A DNA stretch of 64,000 nt from Octopus bimaculoides (Eukaryota), in assembly GCF_001194135.2 (NCBI RefSeq), contig NC_068985.1:49477835-49541834 (forward strand), written 5' to 3'. Shown piece after piece: positions 1-12,450 of this stretch. Position numbers and translations under genes: made by a program. How positions within the stretch are numbered: the first letter of the stretch is position 1; each line of letters starts with the position of its first letter. Under the pieces are notes generated by a model that saw nothing but the letters and a program-made list of their open reading frames with translations, made no database searches and was not told where the DNA came from.

Positions 1-330
1 TGTGTGTGTATGTGTATATGTGTTTGTTTGTGTGTGTGCGTGAGTGCGTTTGTGAGTGCGTGTGTATGTGCGTTTGTGTGTTTTTTGTGTCGGTGGGGAT
101 GTTAGGTGTGTGTACGTGAGAGTGTGCGTATATCTATTTTTCTGAGTATGTATGTGTTGTTTTAATCGTCCTTGTGGTGTGTGTGTGTGAGAGAGAGCAA
201 CCGTATGTATGTGTGAGGGTGTGTACATATGTGTGCGTCTGTGTGTGTATGTATGTGTGCATCTGTGTGTGTGCGTGGGAGTGTTTTGTGTGAGTGTGGG
301 AGTGTGTGTGTACGTGAGTGTGTGTGTGTC
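1..330. repeat. Degenerate (TG)n-rich tract
   Basis: Visible dinucleotide periodicity. Confidence 0.9.
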
Positions 331-814
331 TCATTATATTTTATATAGATTTTATGTCTTATATCTATTAAAATTTGTTACATATACACTGTGGATTTTG
401 TTCAATTCCTCTCTGCCAAATTTACTCATAAGATATTAGTCAGCTCAGAGCAATATTTTACTTGTTTCAGTCATTTGACTGCAGCCAGGCTGGAGCACCA
501 CCAATAATAGAAGATACTTATCCAAGATATCATGCAATGGCACTAAACCTAGAACCATGTTATTGCAATATGCATATATTTGAAAAGGGAGTTTTTAGCT
601 AGAAATGACCTTCAAATAAAGGGTTCACAGGAGCATTTAATACCTAGAATAAATATTACTTAGTGCTTTCACTTATAAATGTATGTGCATGCATGTATGC
701 ATATATATGCTGAAATCACTTTTTGTTACTATCTACAGTTACATTAATATTGTTGTTCACATAACTGATTTCTGATATTTCAACGTGATGTTTTATTAGA
801 AAATAATAATATAC

Positions 815-1283
815 AGGGGCATAGGAGTGGCTGTGTGGTAAGTAGCTTGCTTATGAATCGCATGGTTCCGGGTTCAGTCCCACTGCATGGCACCTTCGGC
901 AAGTGTCTTTTACTATAGCCTCGGGCCGACCAANNNNNNNNNNAAGTGTCTTTTACTATAGCCTCGGGCCGACCAAAGCCTTGTGAGTGGATTTGGTAGA
1001 TGGAAACTGAAAGAAGCCTGTCGTATATATGTATGTATATATATATACATATATATGGATGTTTGTGTATATGTTTGTATGTCTGTGTTTGTCCCCCCAA
1101 CACCGCTTGACAACCGATGCTGGTGTATTTACGTCCCCGTAACTTAGCAGTTCAGCAAAAAGAGTGCAATAGAAGAAGTACTAGGCTTACAAAGAATAAG
1201 TCCTGGGGTCGATTTGCTCGACTAAAGGTGGTGCTCCAGCATGGCCACAGTCAGATGACTGAAACAAGTAAAAGAGTAAAAGA
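815..1283 (+). mobile_element. SINE family A (tRNA-like head, internal microsatellite, gagtaaa-type tail)
   Basis: A-box-like tggctgtgtggtaag, B-box-like ggttcagtccc, accttcggcaagtgtctt, 3' gactgaaacaagtaaaagagtaaaagag. Spans a 10-N gap. Confidence 0.9.
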
Positions 1284-1797
1284 GGGGCAGTCATCAAATG
1301 GAAACCAATAGATAAAGAAACACTGACAAATAGAAAAATAAATGAAAGTAGAAGTGTGTGTTGTGGGTGTACAAATGTAGATGCAAGTATGCCCAGTTGT
1401 GAACAAGTTCACTTCACCAGCACAAGTTCCCAGGTTCAATATTACTGCATTGTCATCATCATCAGCATCATTGTTTAACATTCTCCTTCTATGCTGGCAA
1501 GGGTTGGATGGTTTAACAGGAGAAGCCCACCATATGTCTTTTATGGCTGGATGCCCTTCTTAACATCAACCACACTACAGAGTGGGCTGAGTGCTTTTTA
1601 CATGGCACCAGAACAAGTGAAGCCACATTTGGATGCCCTTCCAAATGCCAACCACCTAACAGTGTGGACTGGATGCTTGTCACCAACAATGGCAGGGTCA
1701 CCAAGTGACTTTGCAAGACATGGAATCTTTCGAGAGGGAAGGGGAGCATTAGAGGAGGTGATCTTCATATTTTGAACAAGTACCTTTACCATACTAG

Positions 1798-2125
1798 GTA
1801 CAGGTGTGGCTACATGGTTGAGAAGCTTGGGTTCAGTCCCACTGTGTCATACCTTGGACAAGTGTCTTCTACTATAGTCTCAGGTTTATACTATGTATAT
1901 ACATCTATGAGTGTCTTTGTGTTGTGTTCATACTCCACCACTGATTGACAACTGGTGTTGGTTTGTTTGTGTCTCCATATCTTAGCAGTTTGGTAAAGAA
2001 GACCAATAAAATAAGAATCAAGCTTTAAAAAAGAACAAGTAATGGAATCAATTTATTCGACTAAACCCTCGAAGGTGGTGTCCTGGCATGGCTGAAGTCT
2101 AATGACTGGAACAAGTAAAAGATAA
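1798..2125 (+). mobile_element. SINE-A, diverged and internally deleted
   Basis: Head ggttcagtcccactgtgtcataccttggacaagtgtctt and tail gactggaacaagtaaaag. Confidence 0.8.
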
Positions 2126-4126
2126 TAAAAATTGCCTAGAGTCCACCCATTTGAGTTAAATAAGTAGATGGAAAATGTAAAAGCTTGTTGAATAGACTAT
2201 CTGTAATTTAAAGGTTTATCCTTGTAACGCATTGTGACATGGTGATTCTACCTGGTGGATCACATCAAGGGTACATATGTGTGTGCGATACTCAGCCACT
2301 TCATATGCTAATACAGAAAATAGAACGATCAGTTGACTGAACATCTGGAAGCCCAGGGGTCAAAATCAGCAGGAAATTCTATTATATATGAATGTGTGTG
2401 TGTGTGTGTGTAACCATGTAGCTCCTGTACAAGAACCTGCTCAGACCACCCCATACCTTCCTTCTATAATTCCTCATCTTACATAAAGCTGGTTCCATCC
2501 CTTGGGTTTTGTAGTCTTGTGAGCTGCATGAAGTCCTCACAAGTGCCGGTGGCACAAAAAACAAAACTAGAAAAAAAAAAATGTACACACTATAAAGTGG
2601 TTGGCATTAAAATGGATAGCTGGCCATAGAAACCATGCCAAAGCAGATACTGGAACATGATGAAGTCCTTGGACCCATTGGATCCTTACAAACATCAATG
2701 CTAGCATGGAACATGGTTGTTAAGTGATGATGATGACACACACATATACACACAAATTTACATCTACTTTCCATGGTGGTACACGTTAGACAGAATGTCA
2801 TGATTTGAGTCTCAGTTCTTGCTTGAAGTTATTTCTCTCCTCTGTGTGCAAAGGGACCACACTTCCTTTGTTCAATTTTATTCTGACATGGGTTATATAG
2901 CTGGATGTCTTTCTTTGCACCACTTTACAAAATGTATTTTACAGAGTGAGTTCTATTGTGGTACCAGTACAAGAGAGAGATTGTCATGTCCTCAACATGA
3001 TAAAACTTAAAGTCCTCTTGACCTTGTGATGTCTCCACTTATTCATCAATGCCTTTGCAAGATGCACTAGATGCTCTTTATTACAGCATCAGCACTTGTG
3101 TCATCCTCTTGAATTGGGCTTTTTTGCTCTCTTTTGACTTCATTTGCTCTGGGTTACATGACCAATACAGTAGGTAGAAGAGAGAGCAATTACAGAAGAT
3201 GAACTAGGGTGAAAGGGGAAGTGTAGGGAAAGTGTGTGTGTGATCTCCTTAGTACACATACATAGATTAATATCCTAAAATACTTATAGCCAAACAGAAA
3301 AGCAGACAAACAGATACAAAGACACGCACACACCCACGTGTGTGTGTATGTGTGTGTGAGTGAGAGCAAGAGAGAGAAAAATAGATAAATGAATGGACAA
3401 TTGGATGCACCAAAGATGATGTAGATATTATCTGGAACACAGGAAATGAATTGTAATTACATTCTTTTCCTTCAGCTATTGATACATGCCTCTACATACA
3501 CACACACACACACTTGTGTGTGTTTATGTAATCCCACATGCAAGTACGTGTCTATACATACCACATTTTTGCTCTACCTTTACTTATTTATATACTATAT
3601 ACACCCACATACAGAAACACACACAAACACTATTTTTCTTTATACACTTTTTCCATTTAATGACTGACAGTACATATATTTTTCTATATAAATGGTCAAG
3701 TACTTTTTATTTATTGGTTTTTGTCTATCATATCTTAAGAATGTAATAAGGAGAAAGCAGTGACTGTGCTGGAAGAGGTGGATGAGAGAGAGAGAGATAA
3801 TGAGCAACCAGCAAGAAGAAAGTTAGTAGGACAGTCAGAGTAGCAGACAGTGAAATACAAGGATAAATTTAAGACAGAAAGAGATAGACAAAAACAATGT
3901 CTCAGAGAGAAGAGGTAAGCAGATATGGATGAATTGAATAACAATGAAACCAATAAATTTGATCATCGCCCCAAGTTACTAAAAAGGCCTATATAAGGCC
4001 CTAAGTACACTATAAAAGCAACCACATATGTTTATAACTCCTTATATTTATTTGTTTACTTATAACACTGTATTGTTGGTACTCAAACAAGTAGCTGTGT
4101 GTGTATTTGTGTGCATGTGGATGCAT

Positions 4127-4487
4127 CTTTTATCCTTTACTTGTTTCAGCCATCAAAAAGGGGCCATGCTGGGGCACTACCTAGAAGAATTTTAGCCGAA
4201 CGAATCAACCTTAGTACTTTTATTTTTAAGCTTGGTACTTATTCTATCAATCTCTTTTGCCAAACTGCTAAGCTACAGGGACATAAACATACCAACACCA
4301 GTTGTCAAGCAGTAGGAACACACACACACACACACAGAGGCTTTTTTTCAGTTTTTGTCTATCAAATCCACTCACAAGGCTTTGGTCAGCCCAAGGGTAA
4401 TGTAGAAGACACTTGCCATGCAGTGGGACTGGACCCAGAACCCTGTGGTTAGGGAACAAGCTTCTTACTATACAGCCATGCCCACAC
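4127..4487 (-). mobile_element. SINE-A
   Basis: Reverse complement of the family A head, body and tail. Confidence 0.85.
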
Positions 4488-4669
4488 CAATATAGACAGA
4501 CAGAAAGATCGATGGTTAGACAGATAGATAGATAGAGAGAGAGAGGGGGGGGCAAGAGGGTGAGAGAGGGAGAGTATCAACAATACAGTGTAGGTTATGA
4601 ATATTACAATAACATAGCAATGCCCTAAACTTATGACATGGTGCAATTTGACAAAAAAAATCCTATTTT

Positions 4670-5400
4670 TTTAACATATGGTGCTTTAGAAAGGTAATAT
4701 GGAGTGGTCACATATAAGGAAGAGCTTCAAATATGATGGACTTCGGGGATCATATGAAGCTCAAAATGGCAGTGTATGGGACTTACATTTTTATTTTCAT
4801 TTAACTTGTGTCTGGAGGGAAAGGAAGAGCCTAGACCTTTGCATGCCAACCAAAACTGATGAGCTTGATGTTAATATTTCATTTTAACTTTTGCAGGAAA
4901 GATATGATCAAGGAAAAGATTCTAAAAAGCCAATATTCTAGGGAGAAACAACTGAGCATAGTGCTTAATTCAGGGCCAGTGGAGTGGAGACTGGTTGCAA
5001 CAAAGGTGATGATGTGTAGAAAGATGAGTGAGCTACAGGCATCTAAAAGGTGAAGATACCAGACCAGCCAACTCTGTGGAAGAGAGGTGTTATAGTAGTG
5101 ATATAGAAAAGATAGAGAGAGGAGAGAGGAAAACTGGAGCCAGAAGTTGGAACATGTCATTTTGTGATTGAATGCCAATAGTCAAGTAACCATTCTTTGG
5201 ACGTGGCTGAGGATGCCTGTGTGAATAAAGTAAAAGTGGGATGTTGGTTTGTTGCAAGATTCACAATGCCCCGTCTGGCTGGTAATGGAACTGGAAAGGA
5301 CAGTAGAGCAGTGATTAATAAACTGCAAAGGAAGAGCAGAAAAAAGGTTTAATGATGGATATGGCAGAGGCAAATGAGAGAAAGACCAAAGTCAAGGGCA
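4670..5400 (-). mobile_element. Decayed CR1/L2-group LINE ORF2 C-terminal fragment
   Basis: Frame-broken translation ILSHVQRMVT*L...SLSFLYHYYN..SSTELAGLVSSPFRCL*LTHLS...FLPRILAF*NLFLDHIFP resembles the LSLFYRYY..CS.EL...FFPRTS.LWN.LP..VFP end of CR1-group RT proteins. Confidence 0.5.
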
Positions 5401-5422
5401 GAGAAGAAATCCTCAGTGAGTA

Positions 5423-5810
5423 TTGTTGTTGTTGGCACTCCATCGCTTACGGCGTCGAGGGTTCCAGTTGATCCGATCAACGGAACAGCCTGCTCGTGAA
5501 ATTAACGTTCAAATGGTTGAGCACTCCACAGACACGTATATCCTTAACGCAGTTCTCGGGGATATTCAGTGTGACACAGTGTGACAAGTCTGGCCCTTTG
5601 AAATACAGGTACAACAGAAACAGGAAGAAAGAGTGAGAGAAAGTTGTGGTGGAAGAGTACAGCAGGGTTCGCCACCATCCCCTGCCAGAGCCTCGTGGAG
5701 CTTTAGGTGTTTTCGCTCAATAAACACTCACAACGCCCGGTCTGGGAATCGAAACCGCGATCCTATGACCGCGAGTCTGCTGCCCTAACCACTAGGCCAT
5801 TGCATCTCCA
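5423..5810 (-). mobile_element. SINE family D (tRNA-Arg(UCG)-like head, (CAA)n tail) with 12-bp TSD
   Basis: Reverse-complement head ggcctagtggttagggcagcagactcgcggtcataggatcgcggtttcgattcc. TSD cctcagt(g/a)agta at 5411-5422 and 5812-5823. Confidence 0.9.
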
Positions 5811-6067
5811 CCCTCAGTAAGTAGTATAACAATAAAGTTGTTGCTTAGTTTGGTTTGTGTGGCTAGAGCTGCACTATATTTGGTGTAGAGGCTGCAGAGA
5901 TAACAGAGGATGAAAGGCATGGTACAGTGTGGACTAAGCAAACTTAAATATTCCCTGGTAGCATCAATGCAGCTAAGCACCATTAGATACTGTTGGAATG
6001 TGCCTAAGATATTTGATCTCCAGTCAACAGCTGATGAAGGGAGTGTCCTGTATTGCCAGCTGTATGT

Positions 6068-6071
<4 letters not shown>

Positions 6072-6161
<90 letters not shown>
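6072..6161. repeat. Compound (CA)n(TA)n microsatellite
   Basis: Direct reading. Confidence 0.95.
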
Positions 6162-6165
<4 letters not shown>

Positions 6166-8017
6166 AATCTATATTATAGATGTTTTGAAAGAATAATAGT
6201 TTGTATCAAGCAAAAATCGAAATGGGTGAAATTAGTTAACATATGTTATTTTATGAATTCTTTTGATTGTTTATTTGCTGACACAGATACAAACAATCAC
6301 TAGTTTCTTTGGCATGAAGTTGTGTTTATATTTTTATTTTATTAGTTGATTTCCTTTTTCAAACTACAAATTTTATCTACATAGAGCAAAAAATATTTTT
6401 TTGAATTACGCAGCAAAATTGATAGAGGATTATTGTCTTTTTTGTTGTTTGGCTCATCAGGTCAGAGTTCCAGCCATGATCATTCCTTTTTTTTTTATGA
6501 CCATGACTACATATTCAATATGTTCTGTTTCAAGATGGTAATATGTGATATGTGGAGAATTTGTTGGCTATTTCTAGCAGATCAAGCAACCATGTAAAAG
6601 CTCCCACAATAACTTACTGTTGCTGTTGCAACTAAATGATCCCCCTTCTCTTTTCCCAACATCCTTGGCTTAACGAATGCCCTGCTATAGTCTTATAGAA
6701 AGCTAAATGAGATGTATATCATTGCTTCTTCATCAGCCTTATTAAAGTGTATCTGTGCTTCTTTGTCATCCTTACTAAAGAGCTTCTTTGTGGTATAGGA
6801 ATCGATAGAAACAGGAATAGACTAGAACAAAGTTGAAGACAGTCTTTCCCACTTTATTTCATTGTCTTTCATTGAACCAATAAGCCTAACAGCTTTTCTG
6901 TCTGACCATTCCTTTGTTTGTCCATAGCTATGGCTACTATTCCCAAGTCTCTAGTCTGTGTCTTCGTTTCTTTATTTTTATGCCTAAATCAAAATGGCTT
7001 TCAGTTACAGCCTTTTTCCTTTCCTTTTTTTTCTTTTTCTACAGCTGAATATATTTGAAGCAATGTCTGGAAAAGGAAGAATATTACTTTGCTTAGAAAC
7101 AGGGGCAAGTGTTTGACAGGAAGAGCATCCAACCATAGAAAATTTGTCCCAGTTAATTTTGTCTGACCTATACCAGCATAATAATATAGACACAGTGATT
7201 ATGGTGGTGATATGTAGGCATATATAACAACTAAAAACTAGAAATTTTACACTATCACTTACCCCTTTCAATACAAACTCCATCTTTCAGTCTCTGGTTA
7301 TAGTAACAAGCAATAACATCAAATATGAAGTAGCAACAATGTAAATTATTAGTTTTCAATTACTGTTATTGTTAACTGCATATATATTGTTAACTGTTAT
7401 ATCACTAACTGTTATATATTGAGTTCTCTTCCATCACATTCAGAAGTGTAGCTACGTTCTAAAGTTAGAGAGAGTGAGCATATAGTAAAAAAAGAAGCAC
7501 CATGACACATACCAAACAATTTTTAACTCATTTCTCTTATAGTAGGTGAAATTTTTCATCAGTTACAGTATACATAATTGTATTCTACATTCATTAATTT
7601 CATGTTCCAGTAACAATGTCATTATGTTCAAAACTTACAACTACTGATATAAGTAACTAAAGAATTTTTTTTTAATTGTTGCAAAGACACCTGATGGAGC
7701 AGTTGCTCCCGTTGTTCTCCTATTAGTGACACCTCTGCTCACATTTGTATATGTGTTTGTAGTTCTTCAGAAGCAATTTTTGTAGTGACCATTCTAGCCC
7801 TTAATGAGCACATCTGAAGTTCATATTACTCTCAAGCTTATTTGTATCTTTTAGTTATGTAACTTGTTTTGTTCATATAATTGCTATAAAGCTATGCACA
7901 CACACACACACACACACACACACACCATATGCATACATAATAGTTCATTAAAAAAAAATAAACAGTCAAGTCAGTGTTAACATGGTTAATGCTGGGAAGC
8001 ATTAAAATAAGGACAAA

Positions 8018-8630
8018 ACATGGCTGAGTGGTAAGAAGCTTGTTTCCCAACTGGCGGCGAGCTGGCAGAAGTGTTAGCATGCTGGGCGAAATGCTTAGCG
8101 GTATTTCGTCTGCTGTTACGTTCTGAGTTCAAATTCCGCCAAGGTCGACTTTGCCTTTCATCCTTTCGGGGTCGATAAATTAAGTACCAGTTATGCACTG
8201 GGGTCGATGTAATCGACTTAATATCCTTTTGTCTGTCCTTGTTTGTCCCCTCTATGTTTAGTCCCTTGTGGGCAATAAAGAAATAAGAAGCTTGTTTTCC
8301 AACCACATGGTTCTGGGTTCAGTCCCACTGCATTGTGAGTGGATCTGGTAGATGGAAATTGAAAGAAGACCGTCGTGTGTGTATGTGTGCATGTGTGCGT
8401 GCGTGCGTGTGTGTGTCTTTGCGCCTGTTTGTCTCCCCCATCACCACATGACAACCAGTGTTGATGTGTTTACATCTCTGTAACTTAGCAGTTTGGCAAA
8501 AGAGACCAATAGAATAAGTACTAGGCTTAAAAAAAAAGTTGTGGGGTAGATTTATTTGACTAAGACCCTTCAAGGTGGTACTCCAGCATGGTCATAGTCA
8601 AATAACTGAAACAAATAAAAGAATATGAGA
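8018..8630 (+). mobile_element. SINE-A interrupted by a SINE-B
   Basis: Head begins catggctgagtggtaagaagc and resumes at 8284 after the insert. Confidence 0.85.
8052..8283 (+). mobile_element. SINE family B (tRNA-like head plus Deu/Nin-like core), young copy with 20-bp TSD
   Basis: ggcggcgagctggcagaa...gagttcaaattcc...ggtcgactttgcctttcatcctttcggggtcgataaattaagtaccag. TSD 8032-8051 and 8284-8303 with 1 mismatch. Confidence 0.9.
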
Positions 8631-8711
8631 ATAAGCTATTTCGTCATGCTGTTACATCTTAGACATCTTGCCAGTATGTGAGGCATTGTTTCCCAAACTT
8701 CACAACATTTA

Positions 8712-9133
8712 GGTGCAGGTGTGGTTGTGTGGTAAGAAGCTTGCTTCCCAACCACATGTTTCCGGGTTCAGCCCCACTGTGTGGCACCTTGGGCAAGTGT
8801 CTTCTACTATTGCCTCAAGCTGACCAAAGCTTTGTGAGTGGATTTGGTAGACAGAAACTGAAAGAAGCCCGTTGTGTATATATGTATATATATTTATGTG
8901 TGTGTGTCTTTGTGTCTGTGTTTGTCCCCCTCCCCTCCACCACCACCACCATCACTTGACAATCGATTTTGATGTGCTTATGCCATCAAAACTTAGCAGT
9001 TCAGCAAAAGAGATCGATAGAATAAGTACTAGGCTTATAAAGAATAAGTTCTGGGGTTGATTTCGTCGACAAAAGGCAGTGCTCCAGCATGGCCACAGTC
9101 AAATGACTGAAATGTATAAAAGAGTAAAAGAGT
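8712..9133 (+). mobile_element. SINE-A, near full length
   Basis: Complete head, body and aaagagtaaaagagtaa tail. Confidence 0.9.
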
Positions 9134-10150
9134 AACATAAGTGACATATGGTGTCTGTGCTATAAAAGTCACAGAGATGTCTTGCCTTGTAGCTGTTAGT
9201 AATGGCCTGTTGTATGTCAAGTGCTGTTGTCAACAATAATAACAGCAATGCTTTCTAATTTTGGAATAAGGCCAGCAGTTTTGAGATGAGGAGGTTGCTT
9301 GATACCATGGACCTCAGTACTTGACAAATATTTTATTTTATTCACTCCCAGAGGGAAGAAAACCACAGGTGACCCTGGCAGGATTTGAACTCAGAACATA
9401 AATGACTGGAAGAAAAACTGCAAGTCAGTTTTTTCCAATGATTCAATGATTCTTTCAGCCAGACACTTTGATAATGATAATTGTCTCTAATTTAGCTAGC
9501 AATTTTTGTGGGAAAGGAGCTAGCCAAGTTAAAAAGATGAGGAATAATTCATCATCATTTAATATCCACTTTCTATGGGTGGGATGGTTTAACAGGAGCT
9601 GGCCTGGCAGAAACCTGCAACAGAGTGAACCTTTCTTCAATATTCCTGACATCTTTTCCTGGGATATATGATCCTTATAGACCAGATTAAGTGATTTTGA
9701 ATGTCATGCTCAGGGATAAAAAAAAAAGAACAAAATAATATTTTTTTTCTCTTAGTTGGAGAAAGAAAACAAAGAATTTTATCTTTCATTCTTCAGAGAG
9801 TCAATAAAATAAAGCAGTTGTCAAAGACAGGAGTTAATCATGTAGACTGTTCCCACCCACAAAATCCACCTTGTGGATTTGTAGAATCCTTAGAGTTTTG
9901 GAAGAAATGAAGAAACGTTTTGCAGTATTTGATTCGAATCATTACATTCTGATATCAAATCCATTGAGGCCAACTTTTATCCCTCCAAGATAAAATAAAG
10001 TACCAGGGTCATAAAATAAGGTACCAGTAAAGGACTGAAGTTGGTATTATCAATTATTTACTGTCCCCTTCAAAATTGGTGGCCTTGTGACTAAATTAGG
10101 TGGAGTAATTACTATTACTGCTCGTTTAATAAAATGGCAAGTTTTTCTTA

Positions 10151-10503
10151 TGGCACCTGTGCCCAGCATCGCCTTCCTGGCACTTGTGCCGGATGGCATG
10201 TGTAAAGACATTCGAGTGAGATCGTTGCCAGTGCTGCCGAACTGGTTCCTGTGCAAGTGGCACATAAAATACACCATTCTGAACGTGGCCGTTGCCAGTA
10301 CAGCCTGACTGGCCTTCATGCCGGTGGCACGTAAAAGCACCCACTACACTCTTGGAGTGGTTGGCGTTAGGAAGGGCACCCAGCTGTAGAAACTCTGCCA
10401 AATCAGATTGGAGCCTGGTGTAGCCACCTGGTCCACCAGTCCTCAGTCAAATCGTTCAACCCATGCTAGCATGGAAAGCGGACGTTAAACGACGATGATG
10501 ATG
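10151..10503 (+). mobile_element. Family C: RTE-type tailed repeat ending in a palindrome and (GAT)n
   Basis: ...ttaggaagggcacccagctgtagaaactctgcc...ccatgctagcatgg (14-bp palindrome) aaagcggacgttaaacgacgatgatgatg. Confidence 0.85.
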
Positions 10504-10936
10504 TTTAGTTCATAAAATTTTATAGAGCTAGGAACACTTTTAACAACTGATCTTTGGAAATGCTGGGAGGAAATCTAACCAGAGAAATACTTTTATGCGA
10601 AGAGGTATAACTTGGAAAAGGCACCAGGGAATCTCTGCTTATGGAAGATTGGGTAAATAAATCGAAATGAGAGAGAGAGAGTGATTGAGAGTGGTGAAGG
10701 TGATGGTTAGAAATATGGTAGTAATTTCCGCTGGCATTTCAGAATAGAATAGTAAATATAAGAATAGATTATTGGATTAATGTGCATGCGCACACACACA
10801 CACACAAATGAAGCCATATATAACTAACTATATTGCTATAAAAATCAGCAAAAATTTAACAAGTCAGGTAGGAAATAGCCTTTGGGGATATCTCTAATGT
10901 TTTCTAATTTACATACTCACACCTGTATGCTATGTG

Positions 10937-10979
<43 letters not shown>

Positions 10980-12194
10980 ATGTACACATGCTCAGGGTAG
11001 AGGGATGGTCAGAGAAGGCTGGGGACGCATATATTTATATATTGGTGATCATGCTTGAGCACACAATATATGGCTTCTGCTTGCTCGGTTGACTACGAAC
11101 GCAAGCCCTATGTATTCATTACATATGTGCACACACGCATTTATGGGTGGGGGGTGTATTAGTATGTGTGTTTGTGTGTGTGAGCATGTGTGTACATAAT
11201 GAATGATGTGAATGAGTGCAAATGCAGGTGAAGAAGGTAAGATGTCCTATTGAAGGACGGCTCTTTATATTTAAGTAGTCAATGAAAAGAGACAGCTGAA
11301 CCAGAATGATTAATGCTGTAATGCAGTTTAACTATGACAGTTTAACTCAATGCTATTGTTGTTGTTGTTGTTGTTGTTAGTTAGCCTTGCCAATTCTGCC
11401 TGAGCAGACTTAAGTGAAAAAGGGTACTAACTTGAAGCTAACCCAACTTGGCAAACATTTACACTGAAAATTGCTCAATAAGTAGCTGATAATGCATTAT
11501 GTTTGTGCATGTGTGTGTGTGTGCATGTATAATATACATACATATATATATTTGAAGCATCTCACAGAACTCTGCAACTCAGAGTTTGTCATATTGTATG
11601 TGATCCTATCCATCAAGCAACATCTGAAGGATTAGACAGAGCAAGAAACTGGATAGCAATGGATTAAATCAGCAGCTTTGAATGAATGTATAAACTCTAC
11701 ATGTATGGTCAAAGTTCTTCTAAAACAGTTCAAGACTGAGGAATATCTTGTGAGTGAAATCAGCAGATGGAAGTTGTATGGAAACCTATCATATGTGTGT
11801 CTATATGCACATGCAACATCTGAGCAAATAACGATGATGTTCATATTCCTTGTTTCATTCCTTGACATTGCAATCAGTCTTTCTCCATGTTTATGGAGAC
11901 CAGTGGAATGAGAAAATATATTTTACTTGAAAAACAGTTAAGGGTTGGTAACAAAAAGGGCAGCCAGCCATAAAATTCTTCCTCAAATAAGTTCATGTCC
12001 AGTCCATACTAGCATCAAAAAATGGACATGAAACAATTGAACAAACACATGGAAATAATGGAAATAACTCAAGAATGCACCAATTAGTGAATGTTGATCA
12101 TTTACGTAAGGTGGTCATGTACTGGATGATGTATGGAAAATATTGTCTCAGAATTTTTCATACATCATTTGTGAGAAGTTTGGGTCTAAGTAAA

Positions 12195-12450
12195 TCATAA
12201 TCATCATCATTTAATGTCCATTTTCCATGCTTGTATGGGTTGGATGATTTGACCTGAGCTGGTATGGCTTCATTTTTTGTCCTGGCATGGTTTCCACTGC
12301 TGGATGCCCTTCCTAATGACAACCACTTTACAGAATGTACTGGGTGCTTTTTTATACGACCAGCACCAGCGCTTTTAATGTGGCACCAGCACAAGTGCTT
12401 TTTATGTAGTGCCAGCACCAGTACTTTTTATATGGCACCAGCACCAATAT
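12195..12450 (-). mobile_element. Family C, diverged. Further copies or alternative tails lie at about 1452-1720, 2582-2735, 7044-7215, 9548-9620, 11860-12040, 13325-13450, 18590-18830, 26501-26612, 27195-27245, 50520-50780, 53905-54110 and 57040-57265
   Basis: (CAT)n-tttaatgtcc-catgc..gcatgg-ggttggatg...ggatgcccttcctaatg motifs. Confidence 0.75.

Noticed and set aside
134-439. HT/CV/YI-repeat ORFs here and throughout (for example 44016-44463 and 49905-50347)
   Set aside because: Translations of dinucleotide microsatellites.
884-973. Direct duplications flanking gaps (also 16260-16405 and 35594-35751)
   Set aside because: Identical sequence on both sides of an N-run indicates unmerged contig overlap.
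4859-5053. Plus acceptor ttttgcag and ORF KDMIKEKILK...
   Set aside because: It is the antisense of the CR1-like LINE fragment.
5750-5810. tRNA-like sequences at SINE heads (families A, B, D, F)
   Set aside because: No complete cloverleaf or acceptor stem, and each continues into a SINE body. Not tRNA genes.
6031-6060. CTGATGA-A-GGGA-gtg-TCCT resembling a hammerhead 5' half
   Set aside because: It is followed by GTAT instead of GAAA, and no helix III forms.
7005-7283. 92-aa minus ORF with a hydrophobic stretch, and a strong plus acceptor at 7044
   Set aside because: 7044-7215 aligns to the RTE-type SINE tail, and the plus frames contain stops.
9701-9910. Plus-strand acceptor with a 50-codon open frame
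   Set aside because: The sequence is a degenerate SINE-B core and tail.
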